DNA of 63,912 bases, filler included, from Albugo candida (GCA_040437565.1; 7 parts of 7 records of this genome joined end to end with filler, not necessarily neighbours in it), one strand, 5' to 3'. Shown: positions 39,627-53,830, counted from the whole stretch's first letter. Notes: a model not told the origin generated them from the sequence alone. A program made the numbers and translations.

Positions 39627-41719
39627 CTATATAGCGTTTCGATCAATGGCCACAATTTGTCTAAATAAACTCTGCGCGTTAGCTGCTAGTTCCTGATACG
39701 TGCCTTCCTCTGCAATTGTGTGATTTGATATAACTGCAATGCGATCGGCCGATTGTATTGTCGAATGGCGATGTGCGATCAGTATCACTGTTCTTCCCTT
39801 TTTCACTTTATTAAGGGTCTCTTGCACATATCTTTCACTTTCTTGATCTAATGCGCTTGTAGCTTCATCAAGAATCAAGATTTTAGGATTCTTAATCAGC
39901 GCTCTGGCAATTGCTAACCGCTGCTTTTGACCTCCAGATAGTGATTGTCCACGTTCACTTACAAGAGTATCGTATCCTTGATGAAAAGTCATAATGAACT
40001 CATGAGCATTCGCTTGTTTGGCAGCTTGTACGATATCCTCAAAAGTGGGAATTTGTTGGTGGCCATAGGCGATGTTTTCTCGTATGGAGCAGGCGAATAA
40101 AGGTGGTTCTTGAGGTACCTGGATAAGAAGATGTTGAGGGAAATGCATTTGAAGAGAGAGCAAACGTATCATGTACCGCGCCAATAATTCCTCGCAACTC
40201 ATCGATCGGTAGAGTTGCGATATCAATTCCATCCAGCGTTATTTTGCCACTGCATCTGTCTAGATTGTACACATACTTGAGATACGTGAGAATGATTAAG
40301 TCGAACAAATCTCTTACCACTGTCAAGTTCATAAAAACGTGCGAGCAGTGCAACTATAGTACTTTTACCACAGCCACTTGGACCAACGAGTGCGACACTT
40401 TCATTGGAACAGACATCCAGATTCAAATTGACCAATATTTGTGAATCAGGTCTAGTGGGATAGCGAAAACAAACGTCCTGGAATTTTATTCGTCCATGAA
40501 GAGGATGGGGGAGCGTGTTTGTACCCGTCAGGGCACTTATATTTGGTTGACGATGTTTAAGCTCGAATAATCGAGTTGAAGCACCAATTCCATTTGTCAA
40601 GTTCGAATAGAATTGCGACAATCCAGCAAATGAAAAGCCGACATAGATTGTGTACATCATAAAGGAGGTGAGTTCCCCTGTTGTGAGTAACCCGTTGGCA
40701 ACCATATGACCACCATACCCAAGCACAGCCAACGTGCTCATTTTCACGGATAAGTCTACTCCTCCAAAGAACGCAGCACTTGCTTTCGACCGTTTACATG
40801 ATAGCGACAGCGCATCACATAGTCTGGATTCATACTTCTGGATCTCGTGGTGTTCTTTAGCAAACCATTTGACAACTGAAACATTTGTAAAGCAGTCTTC
40901 AGCAGACGCAGTAGCATCACTTAGTTTCTTCTGTACATTCGAGGTTAAAGACTTGACGAATCGCCCGTACGATACACCAGCAAGTGCAAGTGGTGGGACA
41001 GTTATAAGCATGATTAGGCCGAGTTTCGGACATGTGACAAAAAGCATTGAAATACTACCTACAGCTTGCCCCATGCTCCGAAATCCTTGTGACATATTAT
41101 CACTCAAAAGGGTGCCAACCAAAGTGGTATCGGCGCTAAGACGATTGATCAATTCACCTGTTTTAGCAGCATCGAAAAACCCCAGATCTTGCTTCACAAT
41201 GCTTTGGAAAGTATCCTGTCGCAGACGATTCGTAATGCGTTCTCCAATCATGTTGCTGGTGTGTACTCGAAGTATATTTGCGATGGAACCTGCTGCAAAA
41301 ATACACCCCAGCCCTCCGAGTACGTACGGAAGTTGCATGATGTCATTCACAGCAGCGAGATCCATTACTTTTCCAATTCCAAATGGCACGCACATTGTAA
41401 CAGATGTTGAAACGCTCAACGTGGTAAGCGATACCATTAATTGTCGTTTCTCGGGTTTGTATAATTTGAGTAATCGTCTCAGCTCGGAATATTTGTAAAC
41501 TTTGGACTATCAATTGATGTAAGTCTGATGAGACAATAGGATTCAAGGTACCTTTTCGTGTTTTGACTCGTCAACAGCAGAAGTTGATGCAAAAGAGCGG
41601 ATTGATTTTGGGTTATTAGCCGGTCTAATATTCGTTTTGGTTCTTATTTGCCAAATCCTATAATTTTGGCAGACATTCCTCTTATTGATATTGAGACGCC
41701 GGACAGCTGAGTGATGCAT
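39627..41719 (-). CDS. Mitochondrial ABCB half-transporter (ABCB10/MDL1-like), multi-exon
   Basis: Basic transit-like N-terminus, TMD ([12 protein letters not shown]), Walker [27 protein letters not shown]. Confidence 0.92.
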
Positions 41720-43549
41720 GAAGCAAATATATAATACAATACGATGCACTGATTTACCGACACCCTCAAGTTCGTTATCTGCGATTAGAACCGCACAAAG
41801 CGATAAGTTTTGTACCGATGCCAATATATTACTACCATTAAGAGAGAGAGTATTCAAAATGAATGAAATTGGCGGATTGAAGCACGTAAAGCGCATTTGT
41901 TTTCAATCAATTCTTCGAACACAGATTAAACGTTTGTGCACCTGAATTTCAGTGCTTTTATTCGCATTGTCGGGTTCGTTGAACTTACCAAATACAGATA
42001 CAAGAGAGAGCCCACGATGCAGCAGGTAAACAAATATTCCAGGATGTCCGAACAGAGCAATCGACAAATGGTAGTGGTGAAGTCTCTCATCATATAAAAA
42101 ATTACTGATAACAGGTGCTCGGAGGAATGCGTCAACGAACCTCATTGCTCAGCTACACCGCTGCTCATCAAATCAGACTTTTACTCCCGTTAATCAAACA
42201 TTAAGGTACCAGAATGGCTGACGCACAAGGACTGGTACGCTGAAACAAAGTGTGGATTTCCCAGTGTATTTCGATTATAAACATATTGCTTTCAAGTTAC
42301 CATCAAGTTGCGTGAGAAACGACTCTGATTCTATCGGTCAAAACGTCATGATAATAAAAGTGAATACGGATTCCTCGTTCACCACCTGAATTAGCCGATA
42401 CGGGAGGGCACTTTCTTATAATTTGTTACAATGCGTCATAATGGTAGATCAACGCAAACAGATCTGCAAATTCGCCCTATGGATGATGAATTATTACGAC
42501 GGCTGCTGAGTACAATGAAAGTATAATTCAATGAGGATGCCGTTAAAGCATTGCACACAATCTTACGAATAAATGTTCAGCCTTCACCCGATTCTCGTCG
42601 TGGAGGCCGTCTATACACGATCTCCCCAGCCAAGAACGTCCTGATTCAACTATAAAAAATAGGCCGAAATAAAGCTCTTTATTGTCTGAAATATTATCTT
42701 TTCCTGGTTCGAGTTTCAAACTTTAGTCCGTATCAAATATCAGTGGATTGGATAACAGATTCTGCTCGCGAAAATTCAAGACACTTTCATCATACTTTTA
42801 GCGTTGCAAAGATGAAAGCCGCATGCTTCTATCACTTAACCTTCCTCCTCGTGAATAAAGACGTGATAAGTTCACCGTGAGGAAGCCTACGGTAGTCGAG
42901 CAGAATAAGCAAATAGGAAAGAGATAAATAATCGTTATGTACAATACATTGATTCAAATCAAGATGAATAACGATGAATACATCGCAGATGGCAACAGGA
43001 AATGTCGGTATAAATAGATTAGATGGTCGTCTTCTCTATAGCGCAAAAATGTCAAAACAAATCTAACATACATACAGAAATATATGCGCACGATATCGCT
43101 GCATTAAGACATTTATGTCTTGCGAGTCAATGAGCCCCAAAGTCATTATGCCAACTGAGAGAAATGCAGCCATGCAATTGAGCCTACGACCTGAACCAGC
43201 AATCTTCCGTATAGAATCTTTTCCTCTAGCGAATCCCACCTAATGATTGAAGCAGCGAGCACGGCGATATGCGTGGTCCGATGGGTTAGGTACCGTTGAC
43301 GTATCTAGTTAAAAGCCGGTACGCCTATAACGTATCAGGTCAGGACTTTGGATCGACAACTTACTAGATATCGGTGCAAGGTCTCTTCTAGATTTTCGGA
43401 AGGAGAGGATTTCAAGTTTAAAAATATACGTACTTTTACGAAACAACGCGAATCAATCAAGCTATCGACATATTTGTCGTCTGGATTGCTTGACGGAGGA
43501 TTTGTGGAAGACAAATCACGACGAAGACAGTACAAAGTTGAGTTTAGCT

Positions 43550-46500
43550 AAAGTAATAGTCGTTGCCGAGGTCTGGCAAAGAAGAACACTCACCAGTTGA
43601 AGACATGAGTACCAACCAGAGGACGTATGAGAAGTTGATAGAATAGCGTCCGACTCTGAGGAGCCCAAACCAAAACAACCTGAGCATTCCGGCGATTAGA
43701 TCCAGCTGGACCATTTAGTGAGGAACTCACAGATAGGAGATTGCAAAGGATGACGGAGGATTACGAGATGACATACGTCTCGGGAGGTACTCGGATATCT
43801 AAATGCACCCAGCATCCAAATCACCCTATGTATAGAGGGGATACAGCAAGGGAAAAAAGGGATTTCGTGAAGCGATAACAAGATTATCAAAGCACGCTGC
43901 TGGCGTTCGAAACATGTTCGAACAAGCCGTTCGTCATGCCAGTATAAGCCTGCGAATATGAGGGGACGAGAGAACAAATATTAAAGTATGAACAAGACTG
44001 GATAAATTATTTTCGGGAAGCGGAAGAGCCGGATAATGGTGATTTTTCAAAGATCGATATAGAAATGCGTAAGGTAAGAATGGACACCACATTAGCGGAT
44101 GCAGGATCAAGAATATCGCGGTTGAGAAACCAAATTTATAGAATCTTGGTCACCACGGATTGCAGATATACGTGGAACATGCGGATCCAACGCACTGTCA
44201 AATGGATGATCGATGGCATTGAGCCTCCAACATCCAAAAGAAAAACCGTGGACAAACTCGAAATGGACATCCACAAAACGAAGAAGGAAAACGCTGCAAG
44301 TAGTGTCAGGAGCTAATAAAGAATTTCATGGAGTCGGAACCGGTTTCAATGAAGGAATTATGCCACAAAGGTGTGAATATAAGGATACGGAAGCAAATAG
44401 GTGCGAAAGGCACAGGAACTTCCGCGAAAGAATTCTGGATAAGGATTGGACAGTTTTCTCCAGAGACGAGCTGAAGAGGCTATGGGTACTAGCTCGGGCG
44501 CAAGATCACGTTTCAAGTGTTTGAAGTGTGGAAATGAGCATCCCGTGAGAAGTTATCCTATGTGCGATCCTGAAGAAGCGCAAAGATTACTGAATAAACG
44601 CAAATGCCGGAACGAAAAAAAAACTGGATGTCGTTAACAAGTAAAAAATCAATCATTAAAGACTCCAACGGCTAGGGTAAAGACCACAGTGGATGGAATT
44701 GCTAACGTAAACGCATTTTTGGATTTTTGGATCTGATTGTCGCATGACATCAGTGGGTCTTGTGAAAGCGCTTTCGAAAGAGAAATTATCGCGATAAAGG
44801 TACTAAAAAACCTACTGAAAATCGAAACCGTGGGGCAGGCACCTCTGTGGGTGGAAAGTGAAAAAAATTGTTCTACTGCAGTGTGTGGAGTTTAGCAGAA
44901 GTGGGGGACCGCTGGTGTGAAGAAACCTGGAGATTCTCGTAAATGAGGAAGACAAGAGTCGATGTCACTTATAATGATAGAAATTGGTGTAGAAGATGAG
45001 CTATCCACTGATGAGATGTTGGAAGGGGCCAGAAAATGAAGAACGTATGGGATGAGAAAAAAGACACAAAACAAAATGCTCCGGGTTGCAACTCGCTGCA
45101 AGTTTGCGACGATAAACGCTTCGAAGATGAAGTGAAACTTATCGATGAGAAGGAAATTATTTACTTACACCAGAAGTGAGGCCATTGGATACACAGAAGG
45201 ATCGTATTCTTATGATTTTAGGAGAAAGTAGAAGAAGCGAAAATCGCAGGTGCAAAACTGAATCTATTGATCGTTTAGGGACTTATTATTTAAATACCAT
45301 GATGTGTTTCGCGTGAAGTTTGCTGCAGATCCTTCAGTCAAGGTGAAACCTCTCAAGGTCAGATGAAAGGAGGGTTCAGTCCCTATCATGGCAAAATCTA
45401 GGTGATATCCACCTCTTCATAGGGAGTATATGAATACGCATTTATCGTAATCAATGAAAGACGATCTGATGTATCGTAACTCAGATTCGCGATGGGGGAG
45501 TGCTCCTCGTATCGTGGGGAAGAAACAAATCGCAGAATACCGAATGACTGTGATTATACGGGCCATTGCAGTAAGAGCGCAAATGACATGACCGATGCCG
45601 CATATTGAGGTCGTTATGGCAAATTTGGAGGGACCAACTTGTTATTTCTCGCTCGATTGTTTCCATTTTTATTTGCAGTTCCCTTTGGATAGAGGCAACG
45701 AAGGATATTTTACTGTGGTGGCACCGAGTACATCGTTCACGGCGAAGCGAGTCATAATGGGACCGACAGATGTACTGCTTATGCGCAATATGTGGCCAAA
45801 GAAGTTACTAAGCCAGTGATCAGGAAAAGGGTACATACATGGCTGGACGATGTTCTAGGATATGAAAGTACAGTTGCACAAGTGCTGGATATATTACACG
45901 TGGTCTTGAAGAAATAGAATGCATATGGTGTCAGCCCAGAAAAATGTATATTAATCGCATATTCCACAATATGGTGTGGGAAGAAATTTCAATCGAAGAT
46001 TTTGGTCATTGTGAAATCCACGTACAAGAAAACTCCAAAGACGGCGGCGGAGCTGCAGCATTTTTTATGTAGTGTAAATTGATTGCGAAACAACATTCCG
46101 AACTATACAACATTGGTAAAATATCTACATAAAGTTCTAGAAGCAGCCGCAAAGGTGGCAGGTGGTCTTAGAAAAAACGAAATCTTATCCATGTGCTTTA
46201 AAAGACCACGGACGGACATATAAACAAAGCGAATGTCTAAAAAAGTGAAGAACGAATTGTACACAATGGTGCCTATGGCACATCCAGAAGATACTCGTAA
46301 TACATGTGTTTATATGGATGCATCGCAAGATCAATGGAGAGCTATACTAAGCATATGCAATAGTGGAAATGTGCAAAACATTGGAGTGTATATTGCTGAG
46401 AGCAAACGGTTTTCATGTCTTTACGGATCATAGAAATTTATAGTTCATCTTCGATCCAGGGAGTATTCACAATACTATGGCCAGATATATAGCTGACAAG

Positions 46501-46590
46501 CTACAGCGTTCGGACATAGTGCTGCAAATATTTCGATATACCGTGGAGCATGTGGCCGGTCCAAAAAACGTCTTGCCTGCTATCTGTTGA
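43550..46590 (+). mobile_element. Ty3/Gypsy retrotransposon relic
   Basis: gag (MDTTLADAGSRI), knuckle CLKCGNEH, RT (WGSAPRIV, YRMTV, YFSLDCF, WLDDVLGY), RNase H (YMDASQDQW; YTVEHVAG). Heavily mutated. Confidence 0.85.
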
Positions 46591-46803
46591 AAAATGGCAA
46601 TGTGGTCTACGCGATATTCAAGAGGTCAGCGACGGGCGATTGTTCTCCGCTATGACGGCATTTAACGAAGGTGCTGGTTAAAATAGTGCGCGATGTTGTA
46701 TTCTGTATCCGGAAGAATACATAGGAAATGCATGTGATAATAGTCAGTAACAGTTTTACATTTGCATTCAAGAAAAGAGTCTAGTATATGAAAATAAAAG
46801 TTT

Positions 46804-47940
46804 ATGAGCCCAAAGACACCTATCGTTCCCACGCGTGCTAAGGGCACGCAAACGACACCAGGCGACCGCAGCCGGGTTGGCGTATCTTCACACACCGAGA
46901 CTGCAGAGGTAGCTGCGCGTGAGATGGGAGATGTATCCAGTAATGTAAACCTCAAGATACTCGATCCATTGACGGCCATACAAGAACGCATGGCTCGCTT
47001 CGAGCTATCGCAGCAAAAACGAGAAGAGGACGAGCGCAAACTACTGCATTTCAGTCCGCATTTGTGAGAAATTTCGGATTGTCTCACATGGGGATGAATG
47101 ATTCTGCATAATCCACCTATGCGAGACCCTGTAGCAAGGGCACTGCAATTCCACAGCTTAATGTACAGCAATTCAGCTATGCCTTACGCGAGATGTCGTA
47201 GCGTGCACCTGCTCAGCCCAAGTACAGCCCACCTCAGATGGTTCAGTGTGGTATACCGGATGCTTGGCACAGGAAGCTGTCGAAACGATCGTTCGATGGT
47301 AAAAAGCTCTACGAAGGGCTAGTTTTAAGTTTCAGGACTGGATTATCGTTTCGGTAGACAGCTCTTGCTAAATCAGATGGCCTATGGTTTTAATTGGTCG
47401 GATGAATTCAAGGCTGATCTCCTAGGACATTATTGAGTGGTACTGCGGAGCGTTATTACCATAAACAACCTGAGACATGGCGGCAACAGCAGCCGATGCT
47501 GCAACATGTCATGGAAAGACTCCACCAGACATTCAAAAGAAACATCACTCAATCGCAGGCTACAAAGTTGCTTACGGCCAGCAAGGACTCGAAGCGATTG
47601 TGGCCTGAACATTCCTTGTATATCGTCGCAGTCAATGACGCGACCGGTAGCACAGAGGCGCAGGATCTCGAGAATGTTGTCTAGTACGCCTCTAATGATC
47701 TCCGTCATGTAATTATGGCCAAATACGACAATAACCGTACTGAGTACTTGTACAGGCGATTGGAATCGACTTGCGTGGCGCCGAGACTATCGAGCAAGAC
47801 GTTCTTCCATATGTTGGGACTTGCAGCGAAGAGATGAGAGATGAGACTAGGACATGCCACAACTTCAGCAAAGCCGAAGATATTGCGGTGGACTGCCTCG
47901 ATGAGAAGACGAAAAGCGGGGGTAGCAGCAATTGACGCGG
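46804..47940 (+). mobile_element. LTR retrotransposon gag relic (Copia-type, oomycete-like)
   Basis: FDGKKLYEGL...LSGTAERYYHKQPETW...ASKDSKRLWPEH, followed by a degenerate knuckle. Confidence 0.6.
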
Positions 47941-49826
47941 NNNNNNNNNNNNNNNNNNNNNNNNNNNNNNNNNNNNNNNNNNNNTTAATTAATTAANNNN
48001 NNNNNNNNNNNNNNNNNNNNNNNNNNNNNNNNNNNNNNNNATATAGCTGAACTCGAGAGGGGGGATCTCATGCAACACGGGAAAACGAAAGGTGCAGCAC
48101 ACGAATCGCTGTCAGCGATTTCCACTTCGACAAGAAATGAAAACATCAGCTCTAGCAGCAAAAAAAAAAAAGGTAAAAAATTGCGGGAAAAGCCAACCAT
48201 CAAAATAAATGAAGACAAATTCCAGGATGAGCTCTCAACACCATCGACGCGATTGGATGGACCAACTGCGACTGCAAGCAATAAGAACACCAACTCCCGC
48301 AACAAAAACAAGGGGAGGAAAAAGACGAACTGGCGACACTGAGTGTAAATACGGGCTCTTATTTATGGAAGTCGGTAGCACTGAACAATCTGTGAAGCAT
48401 CAAATATATTCACAAATCGACCGAATATACAATTTTGCAATCATTTCAAAGCACAATGACAACCTTCTACAGTGGTCTCCTAGTCCAAGGCTTTGCTAAG
48501 AGCTCTAGTCTCGATGCAGTGACACCGCCTTTTGCAATGGCAATCACTATTACCCCCGCCAGCTTGACTGAAACCTTCCATTGATAGCAGGCCAAACTTA
48601 CTTCATATTATCATGACTGTCTCTTCTTGCATATCGTTCTTCAGCTCCATTGCTATCCTAAAAGCCATTTTTAAAAGCATCAGAGCAGTGCGAGAAGCTT
48701 CATAACAATGCTAAAAATGAGAAAGAAGTTGAATGGATACTTAGTTCAAGGGTAACGTATTGGTTTGCATAGGTAACGATTGACGTAATGGGGGCTCGTT
48801 GTACCGAAATAATTGAGCGCTCTCATGCTGAGCTTATATTTGATTTAGTGATACTTTCGTATTCATTTTGAATGAACAGGAGCTCAATCTACTTTCTGAT
48901 GCCTAGTCAACGTACTGAACAGATTATAGACATTCGATAAAGCCAACTAGGACGTAGACGAAGGCAGTTTGACAATCTAGATGAAGGGCAGTATCTGCTT
49001 TTGGACCATATATCTTGATCAACTTCATAACTTGTTACTCTTGCTTGACCTTGGGACATCGCTTTCTCACCAGAGTGGAGCAACGTGGAGCAAGTATGAG
49101 GGATGAAGGACGGCGGTACCAGAGGCGTTTGCATTGTCGACTTGTCGACGCTCCACTCATTGTATTATTTCAGATCTCGTCTCACATCGAGTCTTTGTAT
49201 ATCAAATGAGCTGAAGATGTTCATAGCTTCGGCTCCACGCACCACATTATCAAGGCATCGAGCAGTCAGAACGAGTCAAACTCTTACAAATTCCAGATGA
49301 AGGAAATTGATGTTGATGCAAGAAATAATAAAAGTTATTGGGGACAAAAAAGCCGTTTGGCCGGAAACAGAATCTGTGAGGAAGTAGCGATACGCATGGA
49401 TGCAGCACAGCAACAACGACGAAGCCAAAGATGAGGTCAATGACCGTCTACAGGAAGCGGATGAACGTCTTCGAACCCAGATTGTGGATTAGAAGATCAG
49501 CAACGATTCCGTATACGCATTTGGAACAGATCATGCTGACACCATACTGCAGAAAAGTTAGATAAACGACATTGTAAAAACAATACAGAATCAATGCTGC
49601 GCACTTGATCCCGATCATACCCCAGCTTGTGATAGTCGATTCATCATTTCATCAATCGAATGCATCGAAAAAAATGTTTTCCTTGCTCTTCCTTCATCAA
49701 TTGCTCAAGTAGGCGCAACTGCTAAAAGTCTTCAAAATTGTCATGGTCATAGATCTACTATCATGTCGCGATTAAGTCAGTGTATGCGCATATAAGTCAA
49801 CAAGTCAAATCGCTCGATTTTGAGAA

Positions 49827-51017
49827 ATGAGTGAGAACGCCGAATCTGAACATCATTTTAACTTCTATGAAGAGCTCGGTGTCCAGCGATCCGCCAGCGA
49901 ACTCGAAATCAAAAGTGCTTATCGCAAACTAGCGTTAAAGTACCATCCCGATCGAAATGCCGGCTCAGAGGAAGCTGCAAATAAATTCAAACAAGTTTCG
50001 ACAGCATACGCGGTCCTAAGCGATCCAAACAAACGGCGACAGTATGACCTCTCAGGTGAGACCGGCAAGGGGATCGAAGTCGAAAGTGTGGATGTGGAAG
50101 CAATGGGTGGTTTTGGACGAATGGTTGGCGCGCTATTCACCAAAATCGGACTACCAATCCCGACTCAGATTTCTCAGTCTGTCCTGTCCTCCGCTCGCGA
50201 TATTTGTGATGAGAGAAGCAATACAAGTAACAAAGTTCATGTCACTGATCTTCCTTTTGGTGTGGAGAAGCATTCGAAAGTCGATAAACAAGATGCTCAT
50301 TTCTACCGTATACATTTGGCCGCAGCGAATGAGTCTCTTGTCCTAAAGTGTCGTTCCATGTCAAAGAGTAAGTTCAAACTGGTTTTATTCGATCAAAGTG
50401 GAGGAGTTCGATTGGTGCAGGAATCGGTGAAGAAGACCAGATACACCGCAGCAGATATGTACCTCACGAATTCGGTCGAGTTGATGGATTTGAACGAAAT
50501 GTGGCCACCACATTTGAATGGACACGAACAAGAGCTACCAGAGGTATTCACCAAGCTGACCTTTTTCGAAGTACGACGTACAATCTCACTCGAAAAAGGA
50601 CCTCATCTGATTTGCGTGTATGGCGATAATTGGCTTTCCGCTGTAAAGTATTCAGTGACCTGTGTGAAAATGGAGATGTCGTCTCAAGCGTTGCGTGACA
50701 TTCAAGAGACTGAGAATACGCTTGTCAGAGAGAAAGAGAGTTTGGATAACTTACAGAAAGAATTCCTTGCAGCAAAGAAACAATATGAAGACGTGGTAGC
50801 ACGTGTCGAAGAGAAACAAAAATATACCGACGAGGTACTGGCAAAAAGAGAGCAAGCGTATGAGGAATTCCTAGCCGAGTGTCATGGACGAGACAACAAA
50901 GTAGTACCATGCGAAGAAACACCTCAACGAAGATTCAGTTCCGGTGGCGACTCGGGCGGAATTCGAAAAGTAATCAACGGTTTTTCCAACAAACTATTCC
51001 AAGGAAAAGAAGGATAG
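49827..51017 (+). CDS. DnaJ protein, ARG1/ARL-like
   Basis: J domain with [20 protein letters not shown] and a C-terminal coiled coil. Single exon, 396 aa. Confidence 0.92.
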   Translation: MSENAESEHHFNFYEELGVQRSASELEIKSAYRKLALKYHPDRNAGSEEAANKFKQVSTAYAVLSDPNKRRQYDLSGETGKGIEVESVDVEAMGGFGRMVGALFTKIGLPIPTQISQSVLSSARDICDERSNTSNKVHVTDLPFGVEKHSKVDKQDAHFYRIHLAAANESLVLKCRSMSKSKFKLVLFDQSGGVRLVQESVKKTRYTAADMYLTNSVELMDLNEMWPPHLNGHEQELPEVFTKLTFFEVRRTISLEKGPHLICVYGDNWLSAVKYSVTCVKMEMSSQALRDIQETENTLVREKESLDNLQKEFLAAKKQYEDVVARVEEKQKYTDEVLAKREQAYEEFLAECHGRDNKVVPCEETPQRRFSSGGDSGGIRKVINGFSNKLFQGKEG

Positions 51018-51123
51018 TTTTCTATCGATGCTAAGGACGAAATTCTCTTGTCGCGTTCACGGAAAAATCTTTTTATTGTGCATGCTTCCATCTCAGCTAT
51101 GTTGTGCTCGCGGGTTGATGCAC

Positions 51124-51579
51124 TCATACGTGCAAGTCGATGTGCCGATTGGGAAGCAAGCAAGCCTCTTCAAATCCATGTAGAATATCGACCGCGATTC
51201 CAGCCGCGGTCAGCTTCTCCACTCCTCTACAGCGCACAAAGTTGGTGGGCTCTTTTACACCAATTACAACTCGCTTGACATGCGCGCGAATGCAGTTATC
51301 GACGCAGGGTGTGTTTCCCGAAAGACGTTCACTGCACGGTTCCATTGTAGTGTACAAGGTCGCGTCAGTTGCGATAAAATCAAGCTTGATCAAAGCGACT
51401 TGTTCCGCGTGTGCATTGCCGCTTAGCTCACGTGAATAACCGGTTGATAGTAGTGAGTTGTTGCGCACAATGACACAGCCCACGCAGTAAGCGTTTGGAA
51501 TTGGAATCGATTTGTTTGCTTCGGAAATCGCTAGTGACATAAAGCGCTCATCGAGTGTGTTCTGAGCATCGGACGGCAT
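51124..51579 (-). CDS. Cytidine-deaminase-fold protein, RIB2/RibD-type pyrimidine deaminase
   Basis: HAEQ and TMEPCSERLSGNTPC zinc motifs, AYCVGCVIV. The start could alternatively be 51633. Confidence 0.85.
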   Translation of the reverse strand: MPSDAQNTLDERFMSLAISEANKSIPIPNAYCVGCVIVRNNSLLSTGYSRELSGNAHAEQVALIKLDFIATDATLYTTMEPCSERLSGNTPCVDNCIRAHVKRVVIGVKEPTNFVRCRGVEKLTAAGIAVDILHGFEEACLLPNRHIDLHV

Positions 51580-52210
51580 TTTGATGGCTCTATCTGCTTT
51601 TGTAGGATTATCAAATGGCGAAGGATATAGCATTAAGGGAGTTAATTATGTTTATCTGACTCACTTTGTCGCACGATATTTATCGCTCTTTTAGAGTGTC
51701 ATTTCCATAGCTTCTTGCTTTTTATGGAGGCGTTCAATTGGTTTGTAAGAAATAGGTACTTTGGACTCAATACGGAATTAACGAGCAGCTTCAAACACAT
51801 GTACTATAAGCTCGTTCCTATTTGAGTTGATACCGAGGCCCATCCATCATAAATTTTGTCGTTATTGTACAAGTACGTCGTCTTTATAAACTATCAAATA
51901 CGCCACGACATTATAAAGACAAATTCCGGTCAAAAACTCTCAGTATTTGACACGAAAGGGCTTCTTTACGATACATCTTTTCCTGCCGACTACTATCCCT
52001 GCTGTTGACAATGTCAATCCAGACGCAATCTCCAATACTGTCGCGCTACACGCCGATGTATCTGCATCCCTACACAAAGCACTGCTCGATAGACCATTTT
52101 TGACTTCAATACAATTTCTGCATTTGTCATGCATAAATACCGGTACAAAGTCGATTACTGCTGTGAAGCTCCTACAAAATGTGATACAAAAATCTCTCTT
52201 TGTGTAAACA

Positions 52211-53576
52211 ATGCGATTAACCAGTGATGTGATATTGCAAGCGCAAGTTTGTATCAACCCTTTACGGGAACGAGAACTATCGCTACGTGGTACGCTCGAC
52301 TCCCAATCTTCTACCACTCAAAGCATAAACATAACGCGTCACTTAGGCTACAAAGCACCTGCAATCGAAAATCTCGGCGTCACTAAAGTCTCACAAATAA
52401 ATGATCCCTCACCATCTCTTCTTAACACGTGCACAATCTTCCGCTTAGGACGGATTCGACTGCATCGATCTCTGTGACAATGAGATAAAAAAGCTCGAGA
52501 ATTTCCCACGTTTCAGACGATTGCGAATGTTATTAATGCACACCAATCATATTTCCAGGATCCAGCCACACTTGGAGGAATCGATTGGAAATCTCCAAGT
52601 GTTAATACTCACCAACAACAAAATTGTCAATTTGACAGAAATCGATTCCCTTATTGGATTTCGAAAGTTAGATATCCTTTCACCATTGCATTCGTTCATT
52701 GTATACATAACCATCGTCCTCAGTTCCTTAATTTATTCGTTTGTGCATACATACTCTTATATTACTGGGGAATCCAGTCACCAAACGCAAATTCTATCGG
52801 GAGTATGTCATCCACAAGCTACCACAATTGCGAGTATTGGACTATGCAAAGATCCGACCAGCGGTAAGAGTGTCATTTAAAGATTTTTGGTTGATTTTCG
52901 TATGCAGGAACGTGATGCAGCAACACGATTTTTTAGCTCGGAAATCGGGCAAACTTTTGAAAAAGAGATGCGAGAGGAACCAGGCGATACAAAATCATCC
53001 AAGGTACACAGCTCAAATGGATCGAGTGTTGATTGATTCATTTATATGCCGCTATCACAGCCGGAAGAATTGACGGTACTTGCAGCAAATGAGCCCAAAC
53101 GCTCGGTGAAACTCCATGCGAATGTGTCTACTACCAGCACAGTCACTATCACCACGGTAGAAACGATTCAGAGCACCGAGTCGATGAAGATGGTCGATGA
53201 GGCCAATGGCACAATTTGCGATACAAAGGATGTCAAAATGGAGCAAGTAAGAAATGATAGTTTCCATAAAAAAAAGTCTCATCGGTCGATCGTGTAGATT
53301 GATACATCCGTTTCGGTGACACAAACATCACAGGAAACTGAGGCCGTCCAACGCACACCGACGAGAAAAACACGTAATGCCAAGTCGAGAAACGACAGTA
53401 ATGTGGAAATGATGGATGCAAGTCCTTCCGAGATGGTGTACACACCATCCAAACCGATTGAGATGATGACAGTTCCGATTCTTCGAAAAGAATTGAAGAA
53501 ATTAAATCTCCCTACAACCGGGCTCAAGGCGGAACTTGTCCAGCGGCTACGAGAAGTGCTTGATCGACAGAATTGA
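52211..53576 (+). CDS. SNRPA1: U2 snRNP protein A' with a C-terminal SAP domain, multi-exon
   Basis: MRLT...NPLRERELSLRG, AIENLGVT, DNEIKKLENFP, GNPV...YREYVI..LPQLRVLD. The last exon encodes MTVPILRKELKKLNLPTTGLKAELVQRL. Confidence 0.9.
52672..52750 (+). other. U12-type AT-AC intron
   Basis: Donor ATATCCTTT, branch site TTCCTTAAT (52724-52732), acceptor AC. Removal restores RKLD-TLILLGNPV. Confidence 0.88.
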
Positions 53577-53830
53577 TGGCGATGGACTCTAAGGTTCATT
53601 TTTCGACACATTTTGTGGCTAAAGACGGCTCAACAAGTTGCACATATTTTCGCTCTCATTGAGACTTTTTAATTTTCTTCTGTAAGACGATTCTACTTTA
53701 CGAGTCAGCTTCATAGGCCTTTGTTACCTGAATTCGATGCTCACTGTAGCCGTGTGACCTTCATACTGCGGTGTCCGGACAGAGCCGTAGCCAAGGGAAT
53801 GTGATCAAAACCAATACACCGCTCGCTGCA

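Noticed and set aside
40734-41498. 254-aa plus-strand ORF
   Set aside because: It is the antisense shadow of the ABC transporter exon.
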